Virus record (IMG/VR): IMGVR_UViG_3300047551_002158
Reading direction: 5' to 3' (one strand)
DNA length: 64,000 nt
Source: a virus
Taxonomy: Duplodnaviria; Caudoviricetes
In this document: positions 9,318-17,138 of the stretch, piece by piece
How positions within the stretch are numbered: the first letter of the stretch is position 1
Layout of the letters: every line of letters begins with the position of its first letter
The notes under the pieces: generated by a model
What the model was told of the DNA's origin: nothing
Database searches by the model: none
The model's input: the letters and a program-made list of their open reading frames with translations, nothing else
Translations under genes and position numbers: made by a program

Positions 9318-10488
9318 GATTTCTTCAACGGAAGAACCCCAAACAAATATTAAAGGAATGACCGTTTTTAACACTGAAAAAGTTGATACCAAAAAACAAC
9401 CAATGTTTTTTGGAAAACCTCTTGGAGTTCAAAGGTATGATTCATACAAATATCCAATCTTCGACAAACTGACTACTCAACAACTTGGATACTTCTGGAG
9501 ACCCGAAGAGGTGTCTCTCCAGAAGGATCGTGGCGATTATCAGACACTTCGCCCAGAGCAAAAGCATATCTATACTTCTAATCTGAAGTATCAGATTATG
9601 CTTGATTCTGTTCAGGGTCGTGGTCCTGGCATGGCATTTATTCCATACTGTTCACTTCCTGAACTGGAAGCGTGTATGGAAGTGTGGGGATTTATGGAAA
9701 TGATTCACTCACGCTCATACACATACATCATCAAAAACGTTTATTCAGATCCATCTGAGGTGTTTGATACTATCATTGGAGATGAGCGTATTCTGGAACG
9801 TGCTAAGAGTGTTACAGAGTCTTATGATGACTTTATTCAATCAGCACAACAATATGGTGTGTCCGATACTTGGATGCATAGACTTGAGGGAGTATCATAC
9901 GCAAAGGAATCACTCAACGATGTCAAACGAAAACTGTACAGAGCAGTCGCAAACGTTAATATTCTTGAAGGTATTCGCTTCTACGTTAGTTTTGCTTGTA
10001 GTTTCGCCTTTGGTGAACTTAAGCTTATGGAAGGATCCGCTAAAATCATTAGTCTCATCGCAAGAGACGAAAACCAACACTTAGCACTTACTCAGAACAT
10101 TCTGAATAAGTGGAAAGAAGGTGATGATCCTGAAATGAAGCAGATTGCAAAAGAAGAAGAAGAGTGGGTCTATAAAATGTTTGATCGTGCTGTAAACGAA
10201 GAGAAGAAATGGGCAGATTACCTGTTCAAAGATGGCAGCATGATTGGACTGAATGATAAACTTCTTCAGCAATATGTTGAATGGATTGCTAACCGTAGAC
10301 TGAAAGCAATAGGACTAAAACCACAGTATGATATTTCAGCAAACAATAATCCACTTCCTTGGACACAACACTGGATTTCTTCCAAAGGTCTTCAGGTTGC
10401 TCCGCAGCAAACTCAAGTGCAGTCTTATGTGGTTGGTGGAATAAAACAAGATGTCAAAAAAGACACATTTAGTGGTTTTAAACTTTAA
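9298..10488 (+). CDS. nrdB: class Ia ribonucleotide reductase beta subunit with an atypical Gln-rich tail
   Basis: FWRPEEV, EMIHSRSY, EGIRFY and DENQH motifs present; the tail reads VAPQQTQVQSY. Confidence 0.97.
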   Translation: MNPVQFKISSTEEPQTNIKGMTVFNTEKVDTKKQPMFFGKPLGVQRYDSYKYPIFDKLTTQQLGYFWRPEEVSLQKDRGDYQTLRPEQKHIYTSNLKYQIMLDSVQGRGPGMAFIPYCSLPELEACMEVWGFMEMIHSRSYTYIIKNVYSDPSEVFDTIIGDERILERAKSVTESYDDFIQSAQQYGVSDTWMHRLEGVSYAKESLNDVKRKLYRAVANVNILEGIRFYVSFACSFAFGELKLMEGSAKIISLIARDENQHLALTQNILNKWKEGDDPEMKQIAKEEEEWVYKMFDRAVNEEKKWADYLFKDGSMIGLNDKLLQQYVEWIANRRLKAIGLKPQYDISANNNPLPWTQHWISSKGLQVAPQQTQVQSYVVGGIKQDVKKDTFSGFKL

Positions 10489-10493
10489 TTGAC

Positions 10494-10548
10494 TTTAAGA
10501 CTGAAATAGTGTATTATATAAATAATAATAGGTAAGTTCAGTCTTAAA
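10494..10548 (+). promoter_or_regulatory. inverted repeat enclosing a T4-type late promoter, abutting the endonuclease start codon
   Basis: TTTAAGACTGAA (10494-10505) and TTCAGTCTTAAA (10537-10548) flank TATAAATA (10517-10524). Confidence 0.8.
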
Positions 10549-11163
10549 ATGAATAATTATATTCTTTACTATTACTTAAGGGAGGACTTTAGTTCTCCCT
10601 TTTATGTTGGTTATGGAAGACCAAGAAGAATTAATTCCAGACACTCCAGGAGAAATGGTGCTGAAATATTACCACCAAGAGAAAGAAGATGGATTGTAAA
10701 ATCTGGATTAACTAAAGAAGAAGCAATAGAACTTGAGATAAAACATATAGCACTCTGGAAAAGAGAATGTGATGGTGGGGTTTTGTTAAATCAAAATCTT
10801 GGTGGTGAAGGAAAACCTGGAGGACAGAGAACTAAAGGATTTAGTGGAAGGAAACATAGTGAAGAAGCAAAGAAAAGAATAAGTGAAAAAGCTGCTGGCA
10901 AGAATAATCCAAGATATGGTGTTAAATTATCACAAGAGACAAGAAATAAGATAAGTCAAAACAGAACACCAAAGTTTGGTAAAGATAATCCAAACTCTAA
11001 AACTTGGAAGATTGTTTCTCCAGAAAATAAAGAGTACATTATTACTGGAGCATTAAAAGAGTTTTGTAAGTCTCAAAATATTTCATATGCAACGATGCAC
11101 GCAGCAATTCTTTACGATAGAAAAGGGCCAAGAAGAAATGGATGGAGTATTGAGAAAGTTTAG
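10549..11163 (+). CDS. free-standing GIY-YIG (Seg-like) homing endonuclease with NUMOD3 repeats
   Basis: YILYYY...FYVGYG, LLNQNLGGEG, GRKHSEEAKKRISE, GKNNPRYG. Confidence 0.88.
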   Translation: MNNYILYYYLREDFSSPFYVGYGRPRRINSRHSRRNGAEILPPRERRWIVKSGLTKEEAIELEIKHIALWKRECDGGVLLNQNLGGEGKPGGQRTKGFSGRKHSEEAKKRISEKAAGKNNPRYGVKLSQETRNKISQNRTPKFGKDNPNSKTWKIVSPENKEYIITGALKEFCKSQNISYATMHAAILYDRKGPRRNGWSIEKV

Positions 11164-11551
11164 AATATCACTACCAGAAGATGAGTGTGTGATAAAACTT
11201 CAGGAGTATTGTAAGTTCTCTCATACTTTGTTAAAAGTTCCTGTAGTTTCTAAACCTTTATGTGCCGACGCAAACTGCCACAATAATGTTAATCATTATG
11301 TGAATACTTATGGTGGAGAAAAGATAAGTGGATATTATCTAATCACCGATGTTGATGATGAAACTTATGGATGTGCGATATATCATAGTATTTGGAAAAA
11401 TACTTACGGAGATTTGATAGATATAACTCCATTTGATGATGGTAGAGAATATAATATGTTCTCTGTGCTAGATGCTATAGATTATTACTCTGGAGTTGCT
11501 TATGATGGAAAAGTTTATAGAATATTAGAACCAGGACTTAATGTTGTTTAA
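11138..11551 (+). CDS. putative papain/transglutaminase-like Cys-His-Asp enzyme (candidate Gln deamidase)
   Basis: NCHNNV (C47), IYHSIW (H83), LIDITP (D95); the likely ATG overlaps the last codons of the endonuclease. The fold is inferred by eye. Confidence 0.5.
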   Translation: MDGVLRKFRISLPEDECVIKLQEYCKFSHTLLKVPVVSKPLCADANCHNNVNHYVNTYGGEKISGYYLITDVDDETYGCAIYHSIWKNTYGDLIDITPFDDGREYNMFSVLDAIDYYSGVAYDGKVYRILEPGLNVV

Positions 11552-11580
11552 ATTATAAATAACTAAAAAGTATTTGTAAA

Positions 11581-12123
11581 ATGAACGCACAAGATTTTCG
11601 TAGTCTTCAAGAAGCATATTTGGAAGTTTATAATGACTTGGATGAAGGTGCTTCGGAAGACGTTGCTGCTAGATCCGAAAAACTTGCAAAACAAAGAAAG
11701 GGGCAAACACCTCAAAGAAAAGCAATGTATCAGGGACTTGCACTTAAAGCAAGAATTCGTGCTTCTGGAGGAAATCCTGGAGATAAATCACAGGGACATC
11801 CTTTAAGGAGAGCATCTAATAGACCTATTCACCCCCACGATAGTAAGTATGGTAGATCTGGTTTAACTCAATCTAAAAGAGATGAAAGAAGAGATATAGA
11901 TGCCGCAACTCATGGTGAGTATAGTGATGGTCCTGGAACTGTAACAAAAAATCCAAAAAAACTTCGTAAGCAAAAAGCACTTGGAGAACTTGGAGAACAA
12001 GCAGACCTCTACGACATCATTCTCTCACACCTTCTTGATGAAGGATATGCCGAAACACCAGAAGCAGCAGAAGTCATTATGGTTAATATGAGTGAGGAGT
12101 GGAGAAACTCCATTCTTGGTTAA
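11581..12123 (+). CDS. cyanophage modular hypothetical protein (MNAQDFRSLQEAY family)
   Basis: Characteristic N-terminus and C-terminal DLYDIILSHLLDEGYA module; TATAAATA upstream. Confidence 0.7.
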   Translation: MNAQDFRSLQEAYLEVYNDLDEGASEDVAARSEKLAKQRKGQTPQRKAMYQGLALKARIRASGGNPGDKSQGHPLRRASNRPIHPHDSKYGRSGLTQSKRDERRDIDAATHGEYSDGPGTVTKNPKKLRKQKALGELGEQADLYDIILSHLLDEGYAETPEAAEVIMVNMSEEWRNSILG

Positions 12124-12142
12124 TTTACTTTTTTGATTTATT

Positions 12143-12292
12143 ATGTTACCAAAAATACTTTCTCAGGATTCAAACTATGATGAGTGGTGTGAACAAGAAA
12201 TTCTGAATGCTTATAAAGAAGCAGCAGAATGTGATGAATTTATGTTTGGAGATTATGACTTTTGTAGAGAATGGTTAGGTACAAATAACTAA
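12143..12292 (+). CDS. 49-aa acidic hypothetical protein
   Basis: MLPKILSQDSNYDEWCEQEIL..., read manually. Confidence 0.6.
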   Translation: MLPKILSQDSNYDEWCEQEILNAYKEAAECDEFMFGDYDFCREWLGTNN

Positions 12293-12330
12293 TTTCGTAT
12301 AGATAGAGGAGATCACACTCCTCTTTTTTA

Positions 12331-12492
12331 ATGTCTAAAAATCAGTTAACTAAAGATGAATTTAAAGTTCGTGTTTTAAAATTAAAAAATAATCTTTATA
12401 ACGAACACGTCAGACACGATATGGATATGAAAGGACTTGCCCATAAATATCTGAATGAAGTCCTTGATATTATTGATGAGTATAGATATTGA
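12331..12492 (+). CDS. 53-aa hypothetical protein
   Basis: MSKNQLTKDEFKVRVLKLK..., read manually; overlaps the next gene. Confidence 0.65.
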   Translation: MSKNQLTKDEFKVRVLKLKNNLYNEHVRHDMDMKGLAHKYLNEVLDIIDEYRY

Positions 12493-12919
12493 CTACGAAA
12501 ACCCTTGGATTTATAATGGAAGTCCCTTTATAAGTTCTGATATAGATGACCACTATGGATTTGTTTATTTGATAGAAAACAAACTAAATGGTCGAAAATA
12601 TATTGGAAGAAAATACTTTTGGCAGTTTAGAACACCTAAAGGTAAAAAAAGAAAGGTAAAATCAGAATCTAATTGGAAGGATTACTATGGGTCTTGTCCG
12701 GAACTTAAAGAAGACATTGATAAATTGGGCAGAGAGAATTTTAGTCGAACTATCCTATCATTACATAAAACAAAGGGCAAAACAAACTTTGAGGAGACCA
12801 GACGACTCTTTCTCAATGATGTCCTCACCGAATCTCTTGACAACGGAGGACCAGCCTGGTACAATAGTAACATCCTCAACAGGTACTTCCGAAAAGATTA
12901 TTATGGAAACAACGACTGA
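12476..12919 (+). CDS. conserved GIY-YIG-like nuclease family protein
   Basis: YGFVYLIEN...RKYIGRK and YYGS motifs; lacks NUMOD repeats. Confidence 0.75.
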   Translation: MSIDIDYENPWIYNGSPFISSDIDDHYGFVYLIENKLNGRKYIGRKYFWQFRTPKGKKRKVKSESNWKDYYGSCPELKEDIDKLGRENFSRTILSLHKTKGKTNFEETRRLFLNDVLTESLDNGGPAWYNSNILNRYFRKDYYGNND

Positions 12920-13076
12920 AGATATTGTCGCACATGTGAGGAGTTGGTCTCTTGATCGTGCTGCTGATATGAGTATCGATAAAGAGGATGCTCGTGCTAT
13001 TCTTGCAGAGTTTTATGAGTGGATTGAACCAGAAGATGACGAATTGGAGATCGTTTCTCTGGAACCACAAGATTGA
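12903..13076 (+). CDS. conserved hypothetical protein
   Basis: METTTEDIVAHVRSW...; the likely start is the ATG at 12903. Confidence 0.65.
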   Translation: METTTEDIVAHVRSWSLDRAADMSIDKEDARAILAEFYEWIEPEDDELEIVSLEPQD

Positions 13077-13101
13077 CAAAAACTAAATAAAAACTTATAA
13101 T
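13073..13101 (+). promoter_or_regulatory. consensus sigma70 promoter with embedded CTAAATA late element
   Basis: TTGACA (13073) - N17 - TATAAT (13096). Confidence 0.8.
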
Positions 13102-13153
13102 GTTAAAATCCCTGTTATGAGCAGGGTTTTTTATTATGAGACTTTGAGGATTG

Positions 13154-13228
13154 ATTTAGAGCCGTGGAGATTGCCCCTTGAGAGAGGGGAAGTGCGCTTT
13201 CTCTATACGGATGTAGAGTTCTATTAAA
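13154..13228 (+). ncRNA. candidate structured 5' leader (three-way junction), unassigned
   Basis: TAGAGC/GTTCTA closing stem, CCCCTT-GAGA-GAGGGG hairpin and CTCTAT/GTAGAG hairpin directly before the ATG at 13233. Confidence 0.45.
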
Positions 13229-13232
13229 TTTA

Positions 13233-13859
13233 ATGCGAAACTGCTTTACTGTAGCCCTCTTGCCTCTTCTGGCAACGGTTACAACCACAACGGCAACACT
13301 GCCATCATCTGCTACTGCTCCCCAATATTCTATTATTAAGGAGTTTGAAACAGAGAAGACAGCAATCCGCGAGGTTGCTCCCGAAAAGCCAAAAGAGAAA
13401 AGGCTAATTTGTAAAGGGTGTAATGAACATGAAAATGCTGCCCTGGCATACTTTCAGGGAATTGGTATTAAAGACAGAAACGCCCTTGCTACCATCATGG
13501 GTAATATTCGTCAGGAATCAACTTTTATTCCTAACATTTGTGAAGGTGGTAGTAGAACCTCATACTATAATTGTGGAAGAGGTTATGGTTTGATACAATT
13601 TACTTCTGCTTCTCGTTATTATGGACTGGGTGCTTTTGCTAAAAAAATAGGAGGCAATCCTTCTACTGCTGATACTCAACTTCGGTATATTACTACTGAA
13701 CCACAATGGAAGAGTATTGAAAACAGAATGAGAGTTTCTGGAAAATCTATTGATAGGTATATGAATTATGCCTACGAATGGATTGGATGGGGACACCATG
13801 GAGCAAGAACACAATATGCTTATGACTATGCTAAACGATTGGTTCTTGCTGATGTCTAA
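13233..13859 (+). CDS. phage tail-lysozyme-family cell wall hydrolase with N-terminal signal/TM segment
   Basis: ALATIMGNIRQES and GYGLIQFT motifs; hydrophobic N-terminus. Confidence 0.8.
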   Translation: MRNCFTVALLPLLATVTTTTATLPSSATAPQYSIIKEFETEKTAIREVAPEKPKEKRLICKGCNEHENAALAYFQGIGIKDRNALATIMGNIRQESTFIPNICEGGSRTSYYNCGRGYGLIQFTSASRYYGLGAFAKKIGGNPSTADTQLRYITTEPQWKSIENRMRVSGKSIDRYMNYAYEWIGWGHHGARTQYAYDYAKRLVLADV

Positions 13860-13870
13860 ATAACTTTACC

Positions 13871-13949
13871 TGACTTGCTGACACTTTTCAGGTGAGATTG
13901 GAGTGCTTCGGCACTCCTTTCTTGTATAAATAGTAATGTCAGCAAGTTA
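13871..13949 (+). promoter_or_regulatory. inverted repeat enclosing a terminator hairpin and late promoter upstream of a homing endonuclease
   Basis: TGACTTGCTGACA/TGTCAGCAAGTTA arms; GGAGTGC-TTCG-GCACTCC-TTTT at 13900-13921; TATAAATA at 13925. Confidence 0.75.
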
Positions 13950-13956
13950 GAGTAGT

Positions 13957-14607
13957 ATGAAACACTTTTATGTGTATTATTCCTATGAGGAATATGGAAG
14001 GGGATATATTGGAAAAAGAGAATGTAAATGTCTTCCAGAAGAAGATGTAAGTTATTTTGGAAGTTTCAAAGATAAAACTTTCAATCCAACTCAAAAAATA
14101 ATATTAGAAACTTTTGATAGTGTGGAGAAAGCCCTGGCAGCAGAATGTGCTCTCCACGACTTTTATGAGGTAGATAAAAATCCACACTTTGCTAATAGAG
14201 CAAAACAAACTTCTACTGGATTTTATTGTAATAAAGGTGCTGGTGAAGAAGCAAATAAGAAAAGAAGTGAGTTGATGAAAACAGAATACAATCCTATGAG
14301 TAATCTAAAACTCAAAGAGAAAGCAAGAAAAAACTTGATTAGAACTTTGAGTAATCCAGAAATGAGAAAACTAAAAAGTAGAGTTGGAAAGAAAGCACAC
14401 AATCGTCCAGAAGTAGTTGAGAACCATAGACAGGCAGCACTCAAATCTCATCAAAATCCAGAAACAAAAAGAAAACATATTGAGGCAAAACTTGGTGAGA
14501 AAAATCCTTGTTATGGTAAAAAGTGGATTACAAATGGAAATGAAAACAAATACATAAATTCTATTGATGAAGTTCCAAGTGGTTTTTGGTATGGTAGAGT
14601 TGTTTGA
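13957..14607 (+). CDS. GIY-YIG-like free-standing homing endonuclease
   Basis: FYVYYSY...GYIGKR, YFGSF, NPHFAN, C-terminal GEKNPCYGKKWITNG. Confidence 0.85.
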   Translation: MKHFYVYYSYEEYGRGYIGKRECKCLPEEDVSYFGSFKDKTFNPTQKIILETFDSVEKALAAECALHDFYEVDKNPHFANRAKQTSTGFYCNKGAGEEANKKRSELMKTEYNPMSNLKLKEKARKNLIRTLSNPEMRKLKSRVGKKAHNRPEVVENHRQAALKSHQNPETKRKHIEAKLGEKNPCYGKKWITNGNENKYINSIDEVPSGFWYGRVV

Positions 14608-14692
14608 GGACACTTGACGAACTGGCACAGGGACACTCCAAATGCCCCTGTGATGCCTTATAATACTCTCATACGCAACCAAACCGATGACT
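14603..14692 (+). repeat. early-promoter cassette repeat, copy 1
   Basis: About 90 bp nearly identical to 17134-17222; CACAGGG/CCCTGTG stem, TATAAT, GCAACCAAACCG-ATG. Confidence 0.85.
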
Positions 14693-14905
14693 ACTCCCAA
14701 AGAAACCTACGAATACTGCGAACAACTCATTCAAAAAGAGATTGATGAAGTATTTGTGACTATTAGTAAATGGGGCAAAGAATGTGCTGACCACAATGAA
14801 GAGTTTATTTCTTTTAAAGAGAGAAAGAGTAGTGAACTCAAAAAACTCTATAAACACTTGGAGAACATCCAAGTAATGAAAACCTCTTATCTTTCTGGAC
14901 GATGA
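14687..14905 (+). CDS. hypothetical protein
   Basis: First gene after the promoter cassette; overlapping stop/start junctions continue downstream. Confidence 0.7.
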   Translation: MTTPKETYEYCEQLIQKEIDEVFVTISKWGKECADHNEEFISFKERKSSELKKLYKHLENIQVMKTSYLSGR

Positions 14906-15141
14906 CTGACCTTTCCCCTCAAGCACAAGCAATCATAGATGCTGCTGATGAAGTATTTTCTCACGGAGGAACAATTAGAGAGGGCTTTGCTGCTGCTCTT
15001 CGTGTTCTTGCTGATAATGTTGCCCCTGAAAATTATGCCTGTTTTTCGGGGCATAGAGAGTGGGATGAAGCACTTGAAACAAGAAATGAAAGTATTCGTG
15101 AGGCAATTTTAGATATTGCTACTGAACTGGAGGCACTATGA
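14902..15141 (+). CDS. hypothetical protein (paralog of 15138..15347)
   Basis: AQAI..A N-terminus and ILDIATELEAL C-terminus. Confidence 0.7.
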   Translation: MTDLSPQAQAIIDAADEVFSHGGTIREGFAAALRVLADNVAPENYACFSGHREWDEALETRNESIREAILDIATELEAL

Positions 15142-15347
15142 CTGACCAAGCACAACAAATCTGGGATGCTTTTTATTTTACTTTCGCAGATAAAAGAGTA
15201 GATTTTACCATTCAAGAACTTAATAATAATGCTCTTGCTAATGTTCTCCGTGCTCTTGTGAGTAATAATGAGGAGTGGGTAGATGGAACTTATATGGTAA
15301 AATCAGAAGACATTCTCAACATCGCAACTGAACTTGAAGCATTATGA
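15138..15347 (+). CDS. hypothetical protein (paralog of 14902..15141)
   Basis: AQQIWDA N-terminus and ILNIATELEAL C-terminus. Confidence 0.7.
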   Translation: MTDQAQQIWDAFYFTFADKRVDFTIQELNNNALANVLRALVSNNEEWVDGTYMVKSEDILNIATELEAL

Positions 15348-15532
15348 CTAAACTCACGGCACTTGATTTGATGGTAATTTCAGATACTTTGTATAGAACT
15401 CTTTCTATCGCAGGATTTGGGGGAACTCTTGGTGGATATACAAAAGAAGCAAGAGAAAATGTTGCGAATAAAGTTCAAATAATTTTGAGTAATATGGAAG
15501 TAGAACTACCTGTGGGGAAAACTGATGCCTAA
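15344..15532 (+). CDS. hypothetical protein
   Basis: ATGA-coupled to the upstream gene. Confidence 0.65.
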   Translation: MTKLTALDLMVISDTLYRTLSIAGFGGTLGGYTKEARENVANKVQIILSNMEVELPVGKTDA

Positions 15533-15692
15533 GATGACTTATGAAGAATGGAGTGAAAAAAACCCAATTGATTGGGATGAGATTGAAAAAAATGATAATC
15601 CAGATATGTTAATTACTAAAACAGGTGTAGAAATGATGCATTACCAACTCTATTTGTGGGAATGTAAAAAAGAAGAGGAGAACCAAAAATGA
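15525..15692 (+). CDS. 55-aa hypothetical protein
   Basis: MPKMTYEEWSEKNPIDW..., read manually; fills the gap with coupled overlaps. Confidence 0.6.
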   Translation: MPKMTYEEWSEKNPIDWDEIEKNDNPDMLITKTGVEMMHYQLYLWECKKEEENQK

Positions 15693-16282
15693 CTGAAAGA
15701 TTAAATCATAAACTTAATGTAGATACAATCAAAACAGTTAAAGATGTGAAGAATGTCTTTTATACTATGGAGTTGGTTGCTTCTATTGATGTAGATAATC
15801 CAATATATGAAGTCGCAAAGGAATACTTTACCATTCCTTATGTTCATCCTGAACTAACATTCCCAACACCACGCAAGAGTATTGAAGAAATCACACAAGA
15901 ACTTGATGAGAAGATTGATGCTCTTATGAAGACAACAAAAGAAAAGTTTGAGTGTTCTAACTATTTTGCTGGAAAAAGATATAACGAAAAGTTTGATAGG
16001 ATTATTCAGGACTTTGAGTATGCGAAGAAACACGGAAGTTTTCCACTAACTCAAACACTTACTCTTGATTACTCCAATTTTGATTACTCCAATTTTGTTG
16101 TGACTGGTAGTTCTTTGGAAAGTTCTTTTGTAATCAAACAGGGGAAAACACACGAAGGTTATTATACGAATGGAAACCGTAAATATTTGAAGTATTATAT
16201 GCCCGATAAACCTAATCGTTTGGTGAGGTTCTTTATGAGAACTTGTCTTGGATTTTATTGGGTAGATGAGAAGGACGGATGA
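15689..16282 (+). CDS. hypothetical protein
   Basis: 197 aa; contains a tandem 15-bp duplication encoding DYSNF-DYSNF. Confidence 0.7.
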   Translation: MTERLNHKLNVDTIKTVKDVKNVFYTMELVASIDVDNPIYEVAKEYFTIPYVHPELTFPTPRKSIEEITQELDEKIDALMKTTKEKFECSNYFAGKRYNEKFDRIIQDFEYAKKHGSFPLTQTLTLDYSNFDYSNFVVTGSSLESSFVIKQGKTHEGYYTNGNRKYLKYYMPDKPNRLVRFFMRTCLGFYWVDEKDG

Positions 16283-16464
16283 GATACTACGAAACCAGAA
16301 CTTATGAGCACCAGTGTGACTTTGATGCTAAAAACAGAGCAGAAAAAGCATCACAAGATTACTACAAAAAGTGGATAAATCTTCGTAAAGAAGTAAGAGA
16401 ACTGGTAAAAACTCAAAACATTTCTATTACACCCGAATTTGCTAAACTGATTGGAATGAAATGA
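16279..16464 (+). CDS. hypothetical protein
   Basis: Coupled overlaps at both ends. Confidence 0.6.
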   Translation: MRYYETRTYEHQCDFDAKNRAEKASQDYYKKWINLRKEVRELVKTQNISITPEFAKLIGMK

Positions 16465-16742
16465 CTAATCCACTCCTACAAAAATACGAAGAACTCTACG
16501 GAAAGAAAGAAGAACCAAAACCACAAAAGACACACACAGAAAAACTGAAAGAACTTCGGGATACTTCTACTATTCCAATCACAAAATTCACAACTCACGA
16601 TATTGATAGTATTAACGATAGTTTCTTACAGATTGCCGAAAAGATAAAAAACAAAGAGGCACAAGTAACTTCTATGAATATGGATTATGAACATCATACT
16701 CACACACAAAGAATTACTTTTGAGGTTTTGACCAATTTTTGA
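16461..16742 (+). CDS. hypothetical protein
   Basis: Coupled overlap with the upstream gene. Confidence 0.65.
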   Translation: MTNPLLQKYEELYGKKEEPKPQKTHTEKLKELRDTSTIPITKFTTHDIDSINDSFLQIAEKIKNKEAQVTSMNMDYEHHTHTQRITFEVLTNF

Positions 16743-16811
16743 ACTGGCACAGGGAGACCCCACAAGGTCTCCTATTGGTCTATAATACTCTCATAAGCAA
16801 CCAAACCGATG
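16728..16811 (+). repeat. early-promoter cassette repeat, diverged copy 2
   Basis: GAACTGGCACAGGG...GGAGACC/GGTCTCC stem...TATAATACTCTCATAAGCAACCAAACCG-ATG. Confidence 0.8.
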
Positions 16812-17138
16812 ATTGACCTCTCGCAACTGACCGAAGACCAAATCAACGAACTTGAACTTCAAATCCAAAAACATAAGGAAGAACAAAAACACAAAGATAA
16901 TCTAAAAAATCTAAAAGGTTATAAAGTGACCTTTTATATTAGGTTTGACCCTGAAAAGCATAAGGATGATGATATGCTTACAGATGAGGGAGAACTTGAC
17001 CCTAACATTTTTGCTGATTATCTGTGTGATAATCTTGTTACAGACCTGATTAGGGGTTTTGAATTGTATGGTTATGAGGATGTGAGTTATCCTAATGTGG
17101 AAGTAGCAACACAACAAGATATTGAAGAGAAGTTTTGA
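16809..17138 (+). CDS. hypothetical protein
   Basis: MIDLSQLTEDQINELE..., follows cassette copy 2. Confidence 0.7.
   Translation: MIDLSQLTEDQINELELQIQKHKEEQKHKDNLKNLKGYKVTFYIRFDPEKHKDDDMLTDEGELDPNIFADYLCDNLVTDLIRGFELYGYEDVSYPNVEVATQQDIEEKF

Noticed and set aside
12476-12919. Treating this GIY-YIG-like gene as another mobile homing endonuclease
   Set aside because: It is short, lacks DNA-binding repeats and hairpin/late-promoter control, and is embedded in coupled conserved genes.
10381-13230. Group I intron in nrdB with the true 3' exon downstream of the endonuclease
   Set aside because: No second copy of an (E)TEVESYVVGG-type exon was seen downstream, no group I core was evident, and the frame ends normally with ...GGIKQDVKKDTFSGFKL.
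16066-16096. Tandem 15-bp duplication (DYSNF-DYSNF)
   Set aside because: A single in-frame slippage event with no evidence of wider significance.
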